DNA of 63,971 bases, the filler included, from Octopus bimaculoides (lineage: Eukaryota): NCBI RefSeq assembly GCF_001194135.2. It is 3 parts of 3 records of this genome, joined end to end, with 100 filler letters (N's around TTAATTAATTAA, not from the genome) between each part and the next. Parts side by side here need not be neighbours in the genome. Positions count along the whole stretch, not along the records: positions 1 to 23,038 come from NC_068991.1; positions 23,139 to 38,643 come from NC_069004.1; 1 more part is not named here. The stretch is one strand, 5' to 3'. The position numbers and the translations under genes were made by a program. The notes under the pieces were generated by a model. It ran no database searches and was not told the DNA's origin. It saw only the letters and a program-made list of their open reading frames with translations. This document shows, piece after piece, positions 12,000 to 24,489 of the stretch (positions are counted from its first letter, which is position 1; every line of letters starts with the position of its first letter).

Positions 12000-14789
12000 A
12001 CCAGGTTAGCAATTAGCTAAGTTTCATCACTTTCCCCCGACCTTTTGCCACAAGAAGCTTTGAAGAAAGGAAGAGTATCATTCTCGGAAAAGAGAAGCCA
12101 AAGCTTGAACCAAAGTGGGCAGCAAGAGATGTCACCATTATTTTGATTTCAAGTATTATGAAAGTGTATAAGTGAGATGAAGGGATGTCCCATTATGAAC
12201 AAATTGTTCCGTTTCCCATTTCTGTTATTTTGTCAGCATAAGAACACGGGGCAACTCTTGAATCTTGCGAAATGCACAATTTGATTACAACTTTAACAAA
12301 TCACAAAATTCTCAGAACTGTCTGAATAACGTAATTCCTCCGACAAAACCTTTGGAAAGCAGCTTCGATTCAATTCCATAATAGATCAGTCGAGAAAAAA
12401 GTCATGATAAGGTTGTCACTGTTTTGAACTTTTGCTTTGTCAAGAATTACCTTCTGGAGGACACGATGAAACTGAAGAATTAAACAATAAGGGTAGTTTT
12501 CTGTCTATACATGAAGTAGTAGAAGAATACAATGATTTTTTAAGGTCGCATTTAGATTTCGTGAAGTAAAATGCTCACTGCACATTTTCTGGACTTTCAA
12601 GTGATATTCAAAACGAGATCATTAATTGTATAGCTGTTACAATTGAAGGGGAAATTAAGGCAATGATCGAAAATACAGTATTTATTGCTGTTATATTTGA
12701 TGAGGCTACGGATTCTCTAAAGGAATCTCAATTGTCACACGTTTTGAAATTTATTGATGAGAAGGAAAAGCCTCAAGGAACGTTTGGGGGCTATGTCGAT
12801 GTCATTGAAGACAGAAAAGCTGTATCGCGGACAGAAGTTCAAAAATTTATTAATGGATTCACTTGTGGCCAAAGTTCATGACACAAAATTATGATGGAGC
12901 AAGTGTAATGGGTAGACATTCGAACAGAGTGCAAACAAGAATAAGGATGCTTGATGCGGACGTCATATCTGTACGTTGTTATGCACATTCAGTCTCTCAA
13001 TCAGCATCAAGTAGTTGTGAATGTCGAATTTTCTTCCAAACTTTAAAAGGAATTTTTTAAAAGGAATTTTTTCCTAAGATCGATGGCATTTCAAGCCCTA
13101 CTAGATGAAATAATTGCAAGGTGATTTTGAAAATCACCTGAGACACGTTGAAATTATTCATCTCAATAAGTATCCATTTTATCCAATAAATTAATCTTCT
13201 GGGGCATTTCAGCCATATTAGAAATTCCAGGGGATTGGAATGCTTCAGAATTAACACAGGCAAGGGTGTTCATTGCAATCCTAGGTTTTCAAACTTTTGT
13301 TAGTAGTTTCTTAATCAATTCTGAGTGGCTCAGAGATTCTGTTTTGGATTCTTCCTAAAAGTTTGCTTAATATTTCGAGGTGTATTTGTGAGGTAGAAAA
13401 CTTCAAAAAAACAATTGTATTATTAGTCGTGGTGTGAGATTAGGCTGGCTGCGTATATTACAAACAGAAGCAAAAATCTTGAACATATAACATCAGGTTT
13501 ATTTAAGGGAAGGCTGAACATGAATACATATATAAATTATCAAATCCTCTCTGGTAGAGAGTCTAGGATATAGGGATCGACCTAACTGTGTTTGCTCGAC
13601 CATTAGTTATCTTGAAGATGCTAGACCGCCAGATCTTGTTGAAGATTTATCCTTGATTTACTCGGCGAGGTCTGAATTATGTTCTCTTCGAATGCCATGA
13701 GAGATCTGGTTGATTTCTAGTGCTAAACTGCTGATCTGCACAAAATGGTGCAAATCTCAAGGAAACTCAAGATTATGCTCTAACTGTTAGTCAGATCTTC
13801 TGCAAACCAATTGGCCGATAAATTGTTCACATTAAGATCGCATGCCCCAACTATGGATCACTCATAGTGGTAAACTGATAATTTAGTAAAAATGGTTCAA
13901 CTCCTAGAGCACACTACCACATCAAAAAAAAAACAAGTTTGAAGAATTTTACTGTCGGGTTCTGGATGGTGTTGCTGAATTTTAGTTCAGATTTGTTGAA
14001 TTCTTGAATCCGAAGATTTTTTCGCGCTTACGAAAGTATTTTCGATGGAAGCGCTTTCATCTTTGGATGTCTATAAAAACATACTAGATTTAGATGGATG
14101 CAATTTAGATGCGAGCCAAAATCAGTTTATGCAGCAGATTTTTCAAAACCAGTGTCAAGCATTCAAAAAGTTGAACTAAACCGAGCTCTAACAGAAGTAA
14201 CAAAATCATTACATTTTGACCATACCTACTACATTTTCTTCCTGTGAAAAATCACTTTCTTTGTTAAAGCGAATAAATAATTACATGAGGTGTTCTTAAA
14301 GGGAAGAGTGATTGAGTAATTTGGTTTTCATTTCCTTGAATAAAGACCTTTTGAAGAAGATGAAGGTAGAGCGCGATGCTAATACATTTTTAGCAACATG
14401 ATCGATAAATTTGCCAAAAGAAATGAAAAATTGGACTGGTTTACAAATAGATTTAAAATAATTCATTATTTGTAGGTTCTATTATTTTCCTCAGATTTCT
14501 CTTATAACCAATGACGGTCATTATGGTAGCCCCATCGCCAGGGTATCACTAATGGGGGAGGGGGAAACTAAGTCCAGTTGAGAGAGGTATCAAAACCCAT
14601 TGAAGTGTGGCCTGTTGGCAGAAGTGCATTTTCTCACATTGAAATTAGTTCGTATAACATTCACTGAAGGAGGGGGCGAATATAGTTTTCGCAGAGAAGA
14701 GCAATGATTCACTACCACACTCTCTGCCTTGACGAGTGAACTACATCATGTACTGCATGTCCTGATTTCCAAGTCACCCTTCGCCACTG
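12000..14789 (+). mobile_element. Decayed hAT transposon (DUF4371/Tip100-like transposase)
   Basis: Fragments FSGLSSDIQNEIINCIA...VFIAVIFDEATD...SQLSHVLKFID, QNYDGASVMG...VQTRIR...VRCYAH, and the C-terminal dimerisation-type PTTFSSCEKSLSLLKRINNYMR. The right end reads ...CCTTCGCCACTG (CAGTGGCG hAT TIR) at 14789. The left TIR is not seen. Confidence 0.8.
13416..13921 (-). mobile_element. Probable solo LTR inserted in the hAT remnant
   Basis: A ~500-bp non-coding insert with TGT...TACCACA termini. AGTCGTGGTGTG (13425) resembles the reverse complement of CACACTACCACA. A minus-strand AATAAA lies near 13500. No clean TSD. Confidence 0.45.
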
Positions 14790-15142
14790 AAAGACACTAT
14801 TGGCATTCATCAGTTCCTTTGCTGTCCAATATTCACAATTACAATTATCTCAACTGACCACCGTTAATCAATATCATTACAGTTCTTGTTGTGTTGTTCC
14901 ACATACAATGGAAGCTTGTTGTTGCTGGATACTTTCCGTCGAAATAGAAATCCTTATATTTCCAGCCCAGTCGTTGTAACTCAATCCCCATTTCCATGAA
15001 TGTCAAAATATTCAATGAAATTATGTTTTTGATATCACAGTTTGGTTTCATCTTTAACTTTCTTCAGTCCCTTTAGAATTTTTTTATTTCCATTTTTTAT
15101 TTTTTTACTTTATTCTCATTTTATATTTGTATTGAATTTTGT

Positions 15143-15284
15143 AAATCTCTGAAGAGGCCTAGCGAATAATGCATGTACCCCCATTACATCATTCATCATT
15201 TTCATCTACTAATTACTCCGTCGTACAGGAGCTATAGAGATAGAATGGAGCATGCCAACGCTAGGCCGAAACAGCTGTAAGTTT
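15143..15284 (+). ncRNA. Type I hammerhead ribozyme motif with long stem-II insertion (Penelope/retrozyme-type)
   Basis: AAATCT-CTGAAGA (15149-15155), GGCCTAGCG (15156-15164) ... CGCTAGGCC (15259-15267), GAAA (15268-15271), CAGCTG, TA|AGTTT. The core CUGANGA/GAAA/GUA is intact and stem II has 9 perfect bp. Stem III is the palindrome ACAGCTGT. Stem I is short and imperfect. Confidence 0.72.
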
Positions 15285-16577
15285 CTGTCCCTTCTCCAAT
15301 TGCTAAATGTCCTTTATATTTGTAACCTTAATTGTTAATATAACATGGTATGTCATAAGTATCCGTATATTGTGGTTTTTGTCAATTTAGTTATAAAATA
15401 AACAGATTAATCAACGGAATACATTGTCTGCAAGTCGATGGATACCGCATATTCTCCTCCATTTTCTCATTGCTATATAAATTTAGGGTAAAATAACCCC
15501 TTTTACCCGCACCCACTTATTGCACTTGGTATAACACTAGTGTAACAATAATCGGATACCCTCCCAGCAGTATATTGGATAGATACTATCCGTAAGTAGG
15601 TTGAATCCTCAACCCCTAACTCTCTTGGATNNNNNNNNNNNNNNNNNNNNNNNNNNNNNNNNNNNNNNNNNNNNNNNNNNNNNNNNNNNNNNNNNNNNNN
15701 NNNNNNNNNNNNNNNNNNNNNNNNNNNNNNNNNNNNNNNNNNNNNNNNNNNNNNNNNNNNNNNNNNNNNNNNNNNNNNNNNNNNNNNNNNNNNNNNNNNN
15801 NNNNNNNNNNNNNNNNNNNNNNNNNNNNNNNNNNNNNNNNNNNNNNNNNNNNNNNNNNNNNNNNNNNNNNNNNNNNNNNNNNNNNNNNNNNNNNNNNNNN
15901 NNNNNNNNNNNNNNNNNNNNNNNNNNNNNNNNNNNNNNNNNNNNNNNNNNNNNNNNNNNNNNNNNNNNNNNNNNNNNNNNNNNNNNNNNNNNNNNNNNNN
16001 NNNNNNNNNNNNNNNNNNNNNNNNNNNNNNNNNNNNNNNNNNNNNNNNNNNNNNNNNNNNNNNNATATGCATACATATATCTACATACCTACATATATAT
16101 GTATATACACATGCATATATGGGTACAAGACATAAAAAAAACGAAGACAGAATGAGAAACGAGAACATAAAAAACAAAAACATAGAAAACGAATTTTTTT
16201 CGAACGAAAAAGAAACAAGCAAACAGAGAAAGGAGACAGGCAAGATAGAGAACATTCCTTTCACCAATTGTTCCTTGTTTTATCTACTCCGCGTTTCGAA
16301 GGTAAGGACAAGACGCGACTTCGTTAAAACAGTCCTTCCCGCAAAGCAAATTAAATAAAATTTGGGATTTTTTGCGGAGGGTGAAAGTGGTAACAAAAAC
16401 AGGACAGTGAGAACAAAACAGTAAAAACAAACGGTGAGGGCTGTTAAGCCAAGATGATGTGAAATGATGAACGCTGGAAAAACGAGCTTTAAGAAGAGAC
16501 AGGTAAAAGCAGGTCTTGTCTTTAGGAAGGAGGTAGAAGAAAGAAAGAATGGCCGTTGGTCACATGTGAACAACGAG

Positions 16578-17228
16578 ATAGGTTGTGACCAAATGAAGAT
16601 TATTTTTTTAACATAGTTCCTCTCGGTGCTCCAGCATGGCCGAAGTCAAATGACTGAAACAAATGAAAGAAGAAAAGAATACTGTTCACACACTTCCATC
16701 AGTTGTTGCGGTGCTTGGATCGCACTGGTGAAGACGCTATCCTGTTGGTCAAAATAGTCATCAACAACAGATAAAACGTCTTCATCACATTGATACTGGT
16801 CCCCAGCCCAGTGTTTCTTCATGTTATGATAAATGATGTTAATCAGATGGAACCAAATCACTAACATAAGGATGATGATCAAACCAGTTCAAAGCCAGTC
16901 ACACACAGCAGCTATTGAAACCAAGGACTTGTGTGCTGAAGCATTGTACTAATGAAACAAAATTTCATTCATCAGTTTTTCTGGTGAACTTTCTGTCGAT
17001 AATGTGATCAGTCTGAAATAAAGTCAATAAACACAATATTTTTTGCATTAACGTATAGTATATGTGATAATGTGAAGTACATTTTGTACGTTAAAATGTT
17101 TAATTTCGGAAATATATCAAGCGAAGCAAACATAAGCAGTAAAAGTACAAATTGCAAGTATTTCAAGATGAGGGACACTACGTGACGAAAACTAAGAAAA
17201 AGAAAAAAAGTAGTGGTGCTTGCATTTA
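16578..17228. repeat. Mariner-derived fragment plus flank, copy 1 of a local duplication
   Basis: Closely matches 20028-20550, e.g. tggtccccagcccagtg...catg and aaaccagttcaaagccagtcac. It carries an extra SINE-tail insert at ~16622-16682. Confidence 0.75.
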
Positions 17229-17387
17229 AAAGGTACGAATAATTCTGTTAACAAAAATACATCGGTTCCTTGTGCAGCTTGTACATGGTGATGTGTGCAG
17301 GATAAACACAAACCATGGTGTCAAAGATCTCTGGTGACAATTCTCTCCTCTCTGGCTACATCATAGAAATTCCTTACTTATAGACGT

Positions 17388-18357
17388 CTGTTGACTCAAA
17401 ACAGATCACACTTTTGCTGCTCTGGCAAGCGGTCTGATTGGATGACTTAAAGCATACAATCGGAACGAACGAGTATGGTCATGTGATCAGTTGTAGAAAA
17501 CAGGCAAAATACGCCAGTTGGCAGCTATCTAAGTCTAGACAACCAAATGATAAACATTGCATTAGCTGCACCATCATATGAGACATAGAAGAAACAAGTC
17601 ACCTTCTGCTCTACAGCCATCAACTCCGGAGCACCAAGTAATGCATATAGAAAATAAAAAAGAAATCATACCCTCCCTCTGGGTTAAAAGAGATGGTGCA
17701 TGACAAACGTCTGACACGAGTTACGTGGTTCTATGCGCTCCGGAGAGATCCTCAATAACTTTAACAATTTCATGCACTCTCATACGAACAGAATGGTTAA
17801 AGACTTTCTCTTATCACATGGTGTGTTTTGTGTGAGACACCAGAGGGCCTAGCTTTTCAGTGCACAGTACCTACTTACCTTTTAAGATAACATTGCGATA
17901 TAAGAGAAAGGGCACAATTCCTTACAATTTAAGATAACCTCGCAAGGCTTATTTTATATGGTGGAACAAACAGTCTGACTGTTTTTTCTTTACTTTTCTT
18001 CTTTTTTTTTGTGGTATTCAGCTTATCAGCGACAATGAAGTATTGTCACAACCGCAATAAAAACATGGACATCAGCAGCAGTTCCCTGCTCACCAGCATG
18101 TGACCATGTCCTTTGTTGAAGTGCTGGGTAATCAATTATTGTCATGATCTTTCTTGATTAAAAATAAATGAAACTCTCTTATAATCACAGATGGTGAACC
18201 TTTGTGGTGCTCAGTATAATACGCCAAATGGCGTATTTTGCCTGTTTTCTACAAGTGATCACATGACCATACCCGTTCGTGCCGATTGTATGCTTTAAGT
18301 CATCCAATCAGACCGCTTGCTAGAACAGCAGAAGTGTGGTCTGTTTTGAGTAAACAG
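17388..18357. mobile_element. Non-autonomous DNA element with ~135-bp terminal inverted repeats
   Basis: 17388-17522 is the near-perfect reverse complement of 18223-18357 (about 10 mismatches by eye). The ~700-bp interior has no long ORF. The right flank is TA. Confidence 0.85.
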
Positions 18358-18662
18358 TATAATAAAGGCAATAAAAGATCTCCATTTTTGTAGCTTCAAG
18401 TATATGGAAGAAGTAGAATAAGCGGGAGCAGCTCTGGTAGGCTTGGGTAATAATCGGTTGAATACGATCGTGAGCTACACGAAATGTCAGCAGGTGTGCG
18501 GCCTTTAAGCTAGTCTCTGATACAGTAAATTAGCTGCTTCGTTAATGGTTCGATAATTTTCATATATCACTATAGTCGCGAACACAATTTGTTTGCTTTG
18601 GTTACAAGTATACACAGTGTTTGGGATTTTAAATGTTGTTTAAGTGCAACATCTTACTCTCA

Positions 18663-18700
<38 letters not shown>

Positions 18701-19119
18701 TTCTACAACACACACACACACACACACATAAAAATACACACACACATGAAAAAACACACGCACGCACACAAACACACACACACATAAAAATACACACACA
18801 CATGAAAAAACACACGCGCGCACACAAACACACACACACATACACACACGCGCGCACACACACACACACAGCACACAACACACACTTGATTGTGGGATTT
18901 CTTTTAAATTGTCCGATGACTCTTCCTTACTTCCACTCGTATCGTCTAGTATGATTGTGCAGCAACAGCTCCGTTGGAAATGTGATCAGAGTAATACTCC
19001 ATTGTGAACCTCCGATGAACTTTGTAGTGCAGAGGTCTCCAAACACTGTGTCACATATAATGTGATACAAGATCGTACTAATGGAATAGACTTCAAACAT
19101 TTTATTTCTAATTTATTGA

Positions 19120-19456
19120 CATCCGCATGGCTGTGTGGTAAGAAGCTTGCCTGCCAACCACATGGGCCTGGGTTCAGTCCCACTGCGTGACCCCTTGGGC
19201 AAGTGTCTTGTGTGTAGATTTAGTAGACGGAAACTGAAAGAAGTCCCGTCCCATATGTGTGTGTGTGTGTGTGTGTTTGTCTCCCAACCACCACTTGACA
19301 ACCGGTGCTGGTGTGTTTATGTCCCTGTAACTTAGGAAAGGAGACCAATAGAATAAGTACTAGACTTAAGAAAAAGGTGTTTGGGTCGATTTGTTCGACT
19401 AAAAGGTGGTGCTCGAGAACGGCCGCAGTCACATGACTGAGACAAGTAAAAGAATA
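19120..19456 (+). mobile_element. tRNA-headed SINE, type A (internal microsatellite slot)
   Basis: A-box-like TGGCTGTGTGG and B-box-like GGTTCAGTCCC. The body gaaactgaaagaag-(TG)n-gacaaccg.tgctggtgtgttta...ggccgcagtca.atgactga.acaagtaaaag is repeated many times in the window. Confidence 0.85.
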
Positions 19457-20004
19457 TGACGGTCTACAGAGTGTTTTTTTTACAGTCGTAAATGACGTGT
19501 TATAGATGTAATAATTAAATTACGTTATGCACTTGGTTGCCTTTAGCTGTGCGTGTGATCCGACGGCGTGCGGAAAAATGATCTTGCATGAAATCAATCT
19601 GTAGTGTAAAAATATAATTTGGAAACTGCCATTGTAGAATAACCATAATTGTTGAAGAATGGAGTATTTTCTGGGCTTCAGTAGAAATGAGAGTCCTTAG
19701 GATGTGATCCTAGCTATGTTAAGGATGTGCTTTCACAAATCTCGCAGAAAATACATCCTATACATGTGTATATGAATGTATAAAGTAATGGAGACTTGTA
19801 AATGGTGGGTATATACATTGAGCATGCATAAATAAATGATTTTCAAGATAATTTCATACATGCTTTCATAAATACATACATGCAGCGACTTGGGAACAAA
19901 TTTGCTTAGATGGTGCAAACCAAGGTCCAAATTTTTTTACAAAGCAGTGGATTTTTTTATGTTAACATTAAAACAAATGCAGCTATAATAATAATTTTTA
20001 TTAC

Positions 20005-20550
20005 TATGAGGGTCGACTGAAATGCTCATAGGTATGTGATCAAATGAAGTTCATTTTTAACATATTTCCTCTTACTGTCCACACACTTCCATCAGTAGTT
20101 GCAGTGCTTGGATCACACTATCCTGTAGGTCAAAATAGTCACCGACAACAGATAAAACGTCATCATTACATCGATACTGGTCCCCAGCCCAGTGTTCTTT
20201 CATGTTGGGATAACAGATGATAATCAGATGGAACCACATCACTAACATAGGAAGGGTGATCAACCAGTTCAAAGCCAGTCACGCACAGGAGCTATTGAAA
20301 CCAAAGACTTGTGTGCTGAAGCATTGTCCTAATGAAGCAAGATTCCATTCATCAGTTTTTTGAGGCGCTTAGTCTTGATAGCCTTTTGTAACTGTGAAGT
20401 ATATTTTGTATATTAAAATATTTAATTTCGGAAATATATCAAGCGAAGCAAACGTAATCAGCAAAAATACAAATTGCATTTTTTTTCAAACTGTGGGACA
20501 TTACATGACGAAAACTAACAAAAAAGAAAGAATATAGTCGTGCTTGTGTT
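20005..20550. repeat. Mariner-derived fragment with TIR plus flank, copy 2 of a local duplication
   Basis: Begins TATGAGGGTCGACTGAAA (mariner-like TIR) and is homologous to 16578-17228. Confidence 0.75.
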
Positions 20551-22862
20551 CCAAATATACGATGAGAGGGCTCAGAAGGATGGGATTGAAGGGAAGCAAG
20601 ATAACAAGAAAGAAAAGAACGAGAATTGAAAAGATAAACTGGGAGTCTGGAGTGAATGCTTGGCAGGAGATGAAGCAAAATACACGTCTTACCTACGCAT
20701 TGATCAAGTAGGAAAAAGATAAGTGATAAAACTCTGGATGATCATTTGGTACTAAAAAGTGAAGAAATAGAGACAGGGTGGAGTAGAGAAGGCTGGGTTA
20801 GAGCAAGTACGAAGACAGAGGGAGTGTGGGGAAAAATGAGACCAAAGATAAAGTAGGTAGTGGACAGAGGAAGAAATGGGAGGTAGTAGAGAGAGAAATG
20901 TAGCTGGTAAGTAGAGAGGCAGACAGATATAGATGGGGAAGGTTTTGCGCACAAGAGGGGAGAGGAGAAGGATAGAGAAATAGATAGAAAAGAGAGAAAA
21001 TCTTGCAGCGAATATTGAACATTGCGTGCGGTGCCACTAAGTGGGAACAGAAGTTGGGTGTATGACATTACATTGACTAATAACCATAAAATGTTGCACA
21101 GAAAGTCGACATGTATGTATGTATGTATCTATTCGAACAAGGCTGCGTGGCGTTCAATTATCAATAAATATAAAATACACATTAAGTACAGGACATCATC
21201 AACGAGTGAAAAATACATCAACAGAGAAAAGTACAGGACAAAATACCAAAAGAAGATACCTCGCTCATCAGTTGTCGACTGTTTATATTCTACCTATTTC
21301 GTGCTTTTAGTAAGATAGGAATAAGACAACAGCATCCAGAAATTTTAAAAGAACAAAAGTCCAAAGAGAGAGTGACATTATCTCTTTCTTTCACTTTTCC
21401 ATTAGAGTATATCGTGACACTATGTTGTCACAAAACTGTTAAAACTTTACTAACTTGATCGATCGGTGATTAAACCTGGATTTAATTTAATTTTGTACAA
21501 ACTTTGCTATTAATTGTATAGATAATTGCAAATATGGTCTATAAACATAACTTATTTATGTGTGCATTTTCATAAATGTTTCTCTTGCATGATGACTACA
21601 ACAGATACACGAGAATCAAATAGAGATTACGACTCTTTAAGAATTTTCTTTTTTTACTTTTTCTTAAAGAAACACTCGAATCCCCTTCCGGACTTCCACC
21701 CATCAACTCCGAATGTTTCACTTTTAACTTTTTAGAAAGTGAGGAAGTTTTCCAGAAATAATGTCGTCTACCTGTTGTTTCTAGCATGCAAGGTTTTCTG
21801 GTGGTGGTCTGATATTTTTGACGTCTGCTATTTCAGTAGAATTATACGCATGCATGAAACATCAGACGAATGTGAAAGATCCTGAGCTTTTAGGTTTTTG
21901 AAAGCGGGGAGGTGATGGTTGGGTGAGGTGGGGGAAGGGGTATTGAATGCTTTTTAAAGAAAGAATAAAATTTAAAAAAAAGAAAATTTCCAGTTTCGTA
22001 ATCTGTATTTTATCACGTGGATTAAAAAAAATCGAAAAAAAAGTTTTAAATTAATAAAATGGGGTGGGGTGGAGGAAATTAAAATTTCGAAAACATGATT
22101 TCTGGGCAAAATCGTATCTCCTATATCGAAAACAGAAATCTGAGAAAAATCTTTGAAAAAAAAAGAAACACCGGAAATGAGTGGTGTACACGTCCTTTAC
22201 ATTCGCCTAATAAGTAACAAGTTTACAATTGAAGGGAAGTAACTCAACACCTTACGGGAAAGCTTCCGGAATATCCTGGTTGCGTTTCGCCCCAGACCGT
22301 CTTTGGTTGTGTAGACCTCTCAGTTATTACAAACATCAATGTATCTTGGAACTAGATAATCTAATGAATCCTTCTTTTTATATGGCAGTATGGCGTAATC
22401 TGAAAGAGATTTTTCTGCTATTTTTAGCAAGTTTTCTTGCTGGCCCGTCTCGGTATTTGATGTTATTTTGTCGATGATTAAATGAACAAATTTTGTCTTT
22501 TAGGTGAAAATAATTCTCCGCGGAACCTTCTCGACAAAAACAGAAACACCCACATTATCATTCTTATTCTCACCACCACAAATGAAAGTTTATTGCCGTA
22601 TCTGACAAAGAAATCGTTTAATGAAAGAAAGGAGAGATGAAGATGTAACAAAATTCTGTTCACTAAACTGGATCACGTTATTTATTCATGTTTTTTTTTT
22701 TTATTTTTTATTTTGAGGAATGTAGCAATTAGTGAAAAAATACTCGACTGAGTTCCAGAACTCCAGTAAATAACCTAAATTAGTGGCATGCCATTGAAAT
22801 TATAATCTTCTCTGTATCGTTCTAATTGCATGTATGTAATAGTGATGATGATGATGATGAGG

Positions 22863-22929
<67 letters not shown>

Positions 22930-22939
22930 CATCAATAAT

Positions 22940-23038
22940 AAATAGCATAAACCTGGCCGTCACGGAACTAACAACCACAGAAACAACAGGCAATATCACT
23001 GAGCTAAATGACATGATATATGCGGCAGCCACTGCAGC
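22940..23038 (+). mobile_element. Short fragment resembling an R4/Dong-type non-LTR retrotransposon ORF
   Basis: Translation INLAVTELTTTETTGNITELNDMIYAAATA resembles the NITETNxLIYAAA motif I associate with such elements. It is truncated at the linker. Confidence 0.4.
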
Positions 23039-23138
23039 NNNNNNNNNNNNNNNNNNNNNNNNNNNNNNNNNNNNNNNNNNNNTTAATTAATTAANNNNNN
23101 NNNNNNNNNNNNNNNNNNNNNNNNNNNNNNNNNNNNNN
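23039..23138. other. Artificial scaffold-join linker (44 N + TTAATTAATTAA + 44 N)
   Basis: Exactly 100 bp. The palindromic 12-mer at 23083-23094 has TAA in all six frames. An identical copy lies at 38644-38743. Confidence 0.95.
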
Positions 23139-23305
23139 AAGGGAAAAAATCCATCCATTATACCCTAGAATATATTTATTTATATTTATATAGGGGCATT
23201 CTTGTTCGTAATGCCCTTATATAAATATATATATATATATATAGATAGATAGATAGATATACATATCTATCAGTATATATGTATATTTATATATATATAG
23301 ATATG

Positions 23306-23351
<46 letters not shown>

Positions 23352-23519
23352 ACAGAAGTAAATAGACACCCTTATAATCATTAAAATTTATTTAAATCTG
23401 AAATTATATCTTCAAATTATTTATTGATTGTTATAATGTGAATATTTAATATTTAGTAGACATGCCCTTTATATTTCTCAATGCAAGGACCCTACTAGGA
23501 ATGTTACGGATCAGATGAT

Positions 23520-24330
23520 CCGTAATTATTCTCTTGCAGAACTTCATGACAAGTTTCATGCAGTAATCTAAAAAGATTTGACTTTGAAGATGTTGTCTTC
23601 TTTTAATTATGAAGTGTCCTGTCCATTGTGTCCCAGAGGTGTTCAGTAGGGTTCATACCTGGTGACTGACTTCGCCATGGAAGCTTTTTAATGCCGTTCT
23701 CATCCAACAAATCTTGGGTTATTTTAGCCGTGTGGCAAGGAGCCCTATCTTCCATAAATAAAGAATCTTCTTTAATCATTTCACCACTGGAGAATATTAG
23801 AAGGAGTCCTTTCTGAAATATGGACACATATTTATCTGAGTTTATGCTTCCCTCTCACTCCACCAGCTCTGATCGACCATTGCTCCAAATTGCTCCCCAG
23901 ACCATCACAGAATAGCGGCCGTGTTTCACTGTTGGCTGCAATCTTTTCACATCAAATTCTTGATCGCGGAGTCTCCAGACACACACTCGACCACAGTCAG
24001 GAAACACAGCAAATCTAAACTCATCACAGAATATGACAGTGTCCCAAAATGCTAGTAGCCTCTCCATCATTTCACTGGCCCAATTTTTTCTCCACTTGAT
24101 ATTGGCTGGTCGAAGAAGTGGCTTCCTTTTTGCTGCTCTGCCATAGCAACCAAGTTTGTTTTGCTATGTCAGAGGCCTTGCAACGAGGATTATCCTCCAC
24201 ATTTCTCTTAGCAAAGAGATGGGTCGGCGAGGTGGTGTAGATTCCTTCTCCTCTCTAGTGAATTGCACAATTACTCTAAAAACTGTAGAAAGCGGGATCC
24301 CAAGGTTTTCTTCGATTTTACTCTTATTTG
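23520..24330 (-). mobile_element. Decayed Tc1-like transposase
   Basis: VIFCDEFRF...GRVCVWR...[27 protein letters not shown] and FMEDRAPCHTAK...LPWRSQSPGMNPTEHLWDTM are Tc1 DD34E motifs. Confidence 0.85.
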
Positions 24331-24431
24331 ACTCTTATTTCTAGCAATACTGGTGCTGATTAGTACCCTTGCTAACTTTAGTGATGCATATATTTCTGTC
24401 TTTTGGTTGTAAAATTGCGAATTAGCTACTC

Positions 24432-24466
<35 letters not shown>

Positions 24467-24489
24467 TATATATATAGTATACACACTCA

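Noticed and set aside
14770-14820. Minus CTGATGAATGCCA...TGGCGAAG
   Set aside because: GAAG rather than GAAA, no stem III, and it overlaps the hAT TIR; coincidence.
16270-16345. Minus-strand CTTCGAAACGCG with flanking gttttaac/ataaaac pairing
   Set aside because: No CUGANGA box upstream; at most a remnant.
19120-19200. tRNA genes at SINE heads (also 26000-26072, 32906-32975, 43371-43440 and 50227-50295)
   Set aside because: A/B-box-like motifs are present, but there is no full cloverleaf and each continues into a repeated SINE body.
22330-22602. Minus-strand segment behind a strong polypyrimidine acceptor; FICGGENKNDNVGVSVFV resembles an APE endonuclease piece
   Set aside because: All three frames hit stops and no donor fits; the LINE similarity is too weak to call.
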